DNA of 29,991 nucleotides from Pseudomonadota bacterium (GTDB lineage Bacteria; UBA10199; 2-02-FULL-44-16; JAAZCA01): NCBI GenBank assembly GCA_043798915.1, contig JAZDOG010000021.1, positions 1 to 29,991 of the forward strand, read 5' to 3'. Shown piece by piece: positions 27,587 to 29,991 of this stretch (position 1 is its first letter; each line of letters starts with the position of its first letter). The notes under the pieces were generated by a model. It saw only the letters and a program-made list of their open reading frames with translations, ran no database searches and was not told where the DNA came from. The position numbers and the translations under genes were made by a program.

Positions 27587-28001
27587 TTTTCGACTCCAGC
27601 GTCATCAATAGTCCCTTGGCCGGCCCAAGGAAACGCAATGCCACCTGGAACACATCCCCGGCGGTCTCCTGATCATAAGTGTGGGCGGTTTCGTTCCGGG
27701 CCGAATGGAATTCCATCCATTGTTCGACATCATCGATCAATTGAGACTCCGCACCGAGCCGGAAGAGTTCGCGGCGAGAGACGCCGTCCACCTGGACATT
27801 CCCGAGATTGTGTTCCAGCCAGCGCTTCATCATTTTCCAGGAGAGTTTGTAGGTAAACTCAAAGTTCTGAATGACCCCGGCGCGAATCGCATCACGCTGG
27901 TCGGCATCCAACGCGTTCATCTTATCGTCCGAAATAGCCGCGCCGATCGTTCGTTCCAGCGAATCGACGGCCTTTTTGAGGCTGCTCAAATCAAGCGGCA
28001 T
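27579..28001 (-). CDS. hepT: HEPN toxin (HI0074-family nucleotidyltransferase substrate-binding protein)
   Basis: IQNFEFTYKLSWK; RNETAHTY fits RX4HXY; start ATG 28001 after GGAG. Confidence 0.9.
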   Translation of the reverse strand: MPLDLSSLKKAVDSLERTIGAAISDDKMNALDADQRDAIRAGVIQNFEFTYKLSWKMMKRWLEHNLGNVQVDGVSRRELFRLGAESQLIDDVEQWMEFHSARNETAHTYDQETAGDVFQVALRFLGPAKGLLMTLESKND

Positions 28002-28115
28002 GATGACTCCTTCCCCATGTATGTATTCTGCTTTCACAATAATCACACCCTCCGTTCACTTTGCAACGGTCGATTTGGGAGTGGAATATTCGTGTGGAAA
28101 AGGCGGCAAATCCAG

Positions 28116-28144
28116 AGGTTCATCCCCACACGCGTGGGGAACGC
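28116..28144 (-). CRISPR. Single type I-E-like CRISPR repeat (probably trailer repeat of an array lying beyond the IS66)
   Basis: 29 nt; minus strand GCGTTCCCCACGCGTGTGGGGATGAACCT matches the I-E pattern GTGTTCCCC...GGGGATRAACCG. No second repeat seen in the window. Confidence 0.75.
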
Positions 28145-28234
28145 TCCAGCGTAAGCGCTCGGGGAAGCGCATCTAGCCGGGAGCTGGGCGGACATGATAA
28201 GGAGTTTCCTGGATAAAACGGAAAGGAGACTCCG

Positions 28235-28603
28235 ATGGAAAAAGTAACTGGCAGGGTCATGAGATCTGAAGCGGAGTGGAAGGCGATCTTCGAGGCGCAA
28301 AGGATATCGAATCGGTCGGCGGCTGGATTTTGCAGGGAGCATGGCATCGACTACGGGCATTTTCTCTATCACCGCAGGAAGATCCTCACAGATGACGGCT
28401 TGGCTTTAGCTGTTTTGAGATCGGGTGGAGTCGTGCCTGCCGTTCGAGATCGGGGATTCATTCCGATCAGGGTTGAAGATCCCTGCGGCATGCGGCTGCG
28501 TTTTCCTCGCGGGCTGATATTGGAAGCGGACCGGATACCACCTGCGGCATGGGTAGCGGAGTTGGCCGCTCGCTGGGTTGGCGCGGAGGCGGCACCATGC
28601 TGA
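28235..28603 (+). CDS. tnpA: IS66 TnpA (HTH accessory protein)
   Basis: EWKAIFEAQRIS..SAAGFCREHGI...FLYHRRK and GFIPIRV. Confidence 0.85.
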   Translation: MEKVTGRVMRSEAEWKAIFEAQRISNRSAAGFCREHGIDYGHFLYHRRKILTDDGLALAVLRSGGVVPAVRDRGFIPIRVEDPCGMRLRFPRGLILEADRIPPAAWVAELAARWVGAEAAPC

Positions 28604-28953
28604 AGCTCGAATCGTTCAGTGGGATATACCTGCATCGGGACAATGTTGATTTCCGAAAATCGATCGATGGGCTGGCCGCGATCGTGGAGCAGGAGATGGG
28701 GCTCGATGTGTTTGGGAGTCATCTGTTTTTATTCTGCAATCGGAACCGGACGAGGCTCAAGGTGCTGTATTGGGACGCGACGGGATTTGCGATGTGGTAC
28801 AAGCGGCTGGAGAAGGACAGGTTTACCTGGCCGCGCCGACATGATGAGGGGGTGATTTCCATAGACGCTCAGCAGCTTGAGTGGCTGCTTGGCGGTTACG
28901 ATATTTGGAAGACGAAGCCGCATGAAAAAGTGAATTATGCGCATGTAAGCTAG
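28597..28953 (+). CDS. tnpB: IS66 TnpB accessory protein
   Basis: VDFRKSIDGL, FLFCNRNRTRLKVLYWDATGF and KRLEKDRF.WP. Confidence 0.93.
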   Translation: MLKLESFSGIYLHRDNVDFRKSIDGLAAIVEQEMGLDVFGSHLFLFCNRNRTRLKVLYWDATGFAMWYKRLEKDRFTWPRRHDEGVISIDAQQLEWLLGGYDIWKTKPHEKVNYAHVS

Positions 28954-28989
28954 AGACAAAACATCAGCGATGTGCTAGACATATTGCCG

Positions 28990-29991
28990 ATGACACAGAC
29001 GGCAAACACGCTTCCAGACGACATTTCCAGCCTTAAGGCGATCATTGCGCAGCAGATTCTTCAACACGAAAAGACGGTAGTTGAACTCGCTCAGGTGAAG
29101 ACTGAAAACGAGCGGCTTGAGGAGCTCGTGAGGCTTCTGCAACATCGGCATTTTGGAGCCCGGAGCGAGAAGGTGAAGGGCGATGAAAGACAGCTGCCGC
29201 TCGGGATATTCAATGAAGCGGAGGCGGAGGCAAAGAGCTCTGAGCAGGGGCCGGGCGTCGAGGTCAGGGGTTATCGCCGTCGAGGCAAGCCAAAGCGCGT
29301 CGTCTTTCCAGCGGATCTTCCGCGCGAAGATATTATCGTGGATATTCCGGAGAGCGAGCGCATCTGTCCAGAGGGGCACGAGCTCAAATGCATCGGAGAA
29401 GATGTCAGCGAGCAGCTGGATGTCATTCCGGTGCAGATCAAAGTCATTCGCACAATTAGGAAGAAATATGCGTGTCCGGTGTGCGAGGGGCACGTCAAGC
29501 GGGCGCCGCCTCCGCCCACGGCGATACCGAAGAGCATGGCGAGCGCCGGCCTCCTGGCTTATATCGCGACGAGCAAATACGGCGATGGTTTGCCGCTCTA
29601 CCGGCAGGAGCACATGTGGCAGCGCGCCGGGATCGAGATTCCCCGTGCGACGATGGCGTCGTGGATGATCAAGGTGAGCGAGCTCTTGGTTCCGATGATC
29701 AATCTGATGGAGGACGATTTATTAGAGGGCGGTTTTGTGGGCGCCGACGAGACGAGGGTGCAGGTGCTCAATGAAGAAGGAAAATTGGCGACTCAACAAT
29801 CGTACATGTGGGTGCGGGGCCGGGAATATCCTGGGGCAAAACCGATAGTTCTCTTCGAGTACGATCCCACGCGCGGCGGCGATGTGGCAAAACGTCTGTT
29901 TGCAAATTATCAAGGCTATCTTCAGGCAGACGGATATGGCGGATACAACGGGATTTGCGAACAGAAAGGAATTATCCGCTGCGGATGCTTG
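28990..29991 (+). CDS. tnpC: IS66 transposase TnpC (partial, 3' end outside window)
   Basis: MTQTANTLPDDISSLK...RHFGARSEK; zinc-finger CPEGH...CPVC; KYGDGLPLYRQ; ADET; LQADGYGGY. Confidence 0.93.
   Translation, partial: MTQTANTLPDDISSLKAIIAQQILQHEKTVVELAQVKTENERLEELVRLLQHRHFGARSEKVKGDERQLPLGIFNEAEAEAKSSEQGPGVEVRGYRRRGKPKRVVFPADLPREDIIVDIPESERICPEGHELKCIGEDVSEQLDVIPVQIKVIRTIRKKYACPVCEGHVKRAPPPPTAIPKSMASAGLLAYIATSKYGDGLPLYRQEHMWQRAGIEIPRATMASWMIKVSELLVPMINLMEDDLLEGGFVGADETRVQVLNEEGKLATQQSYMWVRGREYPGAKPIVLFEYDPTRGGDVAKRLFANYQGYLQADGYGGYNGICEQKGIIRCGCL

Larger units (their letters stand above)
28151..29991 (+). mobile_element. IS66-family insertion sequence (left part; runs off the window)
   Basis: Starts GTAAGCG, typical of IS66 termini; tnpA-tnpB-tnpC order. 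Confidence 0.92.

Noticed and set aside
28040..28150. Multi-repeat CRISPR array inside the window
   Set aside because: No repeat at the expected spacing of about 61 bp to the left; the right side is IS66.
28975..29913. ORFs listed in the track over the IS66 3' region
   Set aside because: Alternative frames; the real gene is TnpC from 28990, absent from the track because its stop is outside the window.

Overview
Bacterial chromosomal window; a Deltaproteobacteria/Myxococcota-like host is my impression from gene content and is not established. It has four parts. (1) 1-4923 is the right end of an AT-richer integrated island. It holds the end of an IS256-like element that cuts an HTH-ImmA/IrrE peptidase gene, a PIN (DUF4411-like) gene, a Dbr1-like metallophosphoesterase and a DUF4062-GHKL-wHTH gene. 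It closes with a 3' fragment of tRNA-Ala(CGC), read as an att site. (2) About 4980-23420 is GC-rich core. It holds an RMD1 protein, an orphan gluzincin-like protein, a secreted phosphoesterase, a PhnD-like binding protein, a DMT-like protein and an MFS transporter. It also holds a five-gene operon: a fused NuoE/NuoF (HydCB-type) subunit, a GltD/Fe-S subunit (Stn-like transhydrogenase) and three tandem paralogous P-loop kinase-like genes. Further right are a Cys-rich lipoprotein with a secretory-PLA2 motif, divergent sigma28/sigma54 promoters and malic enzyme. (3) About 23460-28000 is a toxin-antitoxin-rich patch (MenAT1-like, RelBE-like, HEPN-MNT coupled to an HD hydrolase) with a 215-bp nested inverted-repeat element. 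(4) 28116 to the end holds one type I-E CRISPR repeat, probably the trailer, followed 6 bp later by an IS66 element that runs out of the window. All family calls come from motif recognition by eye; no database search was run.
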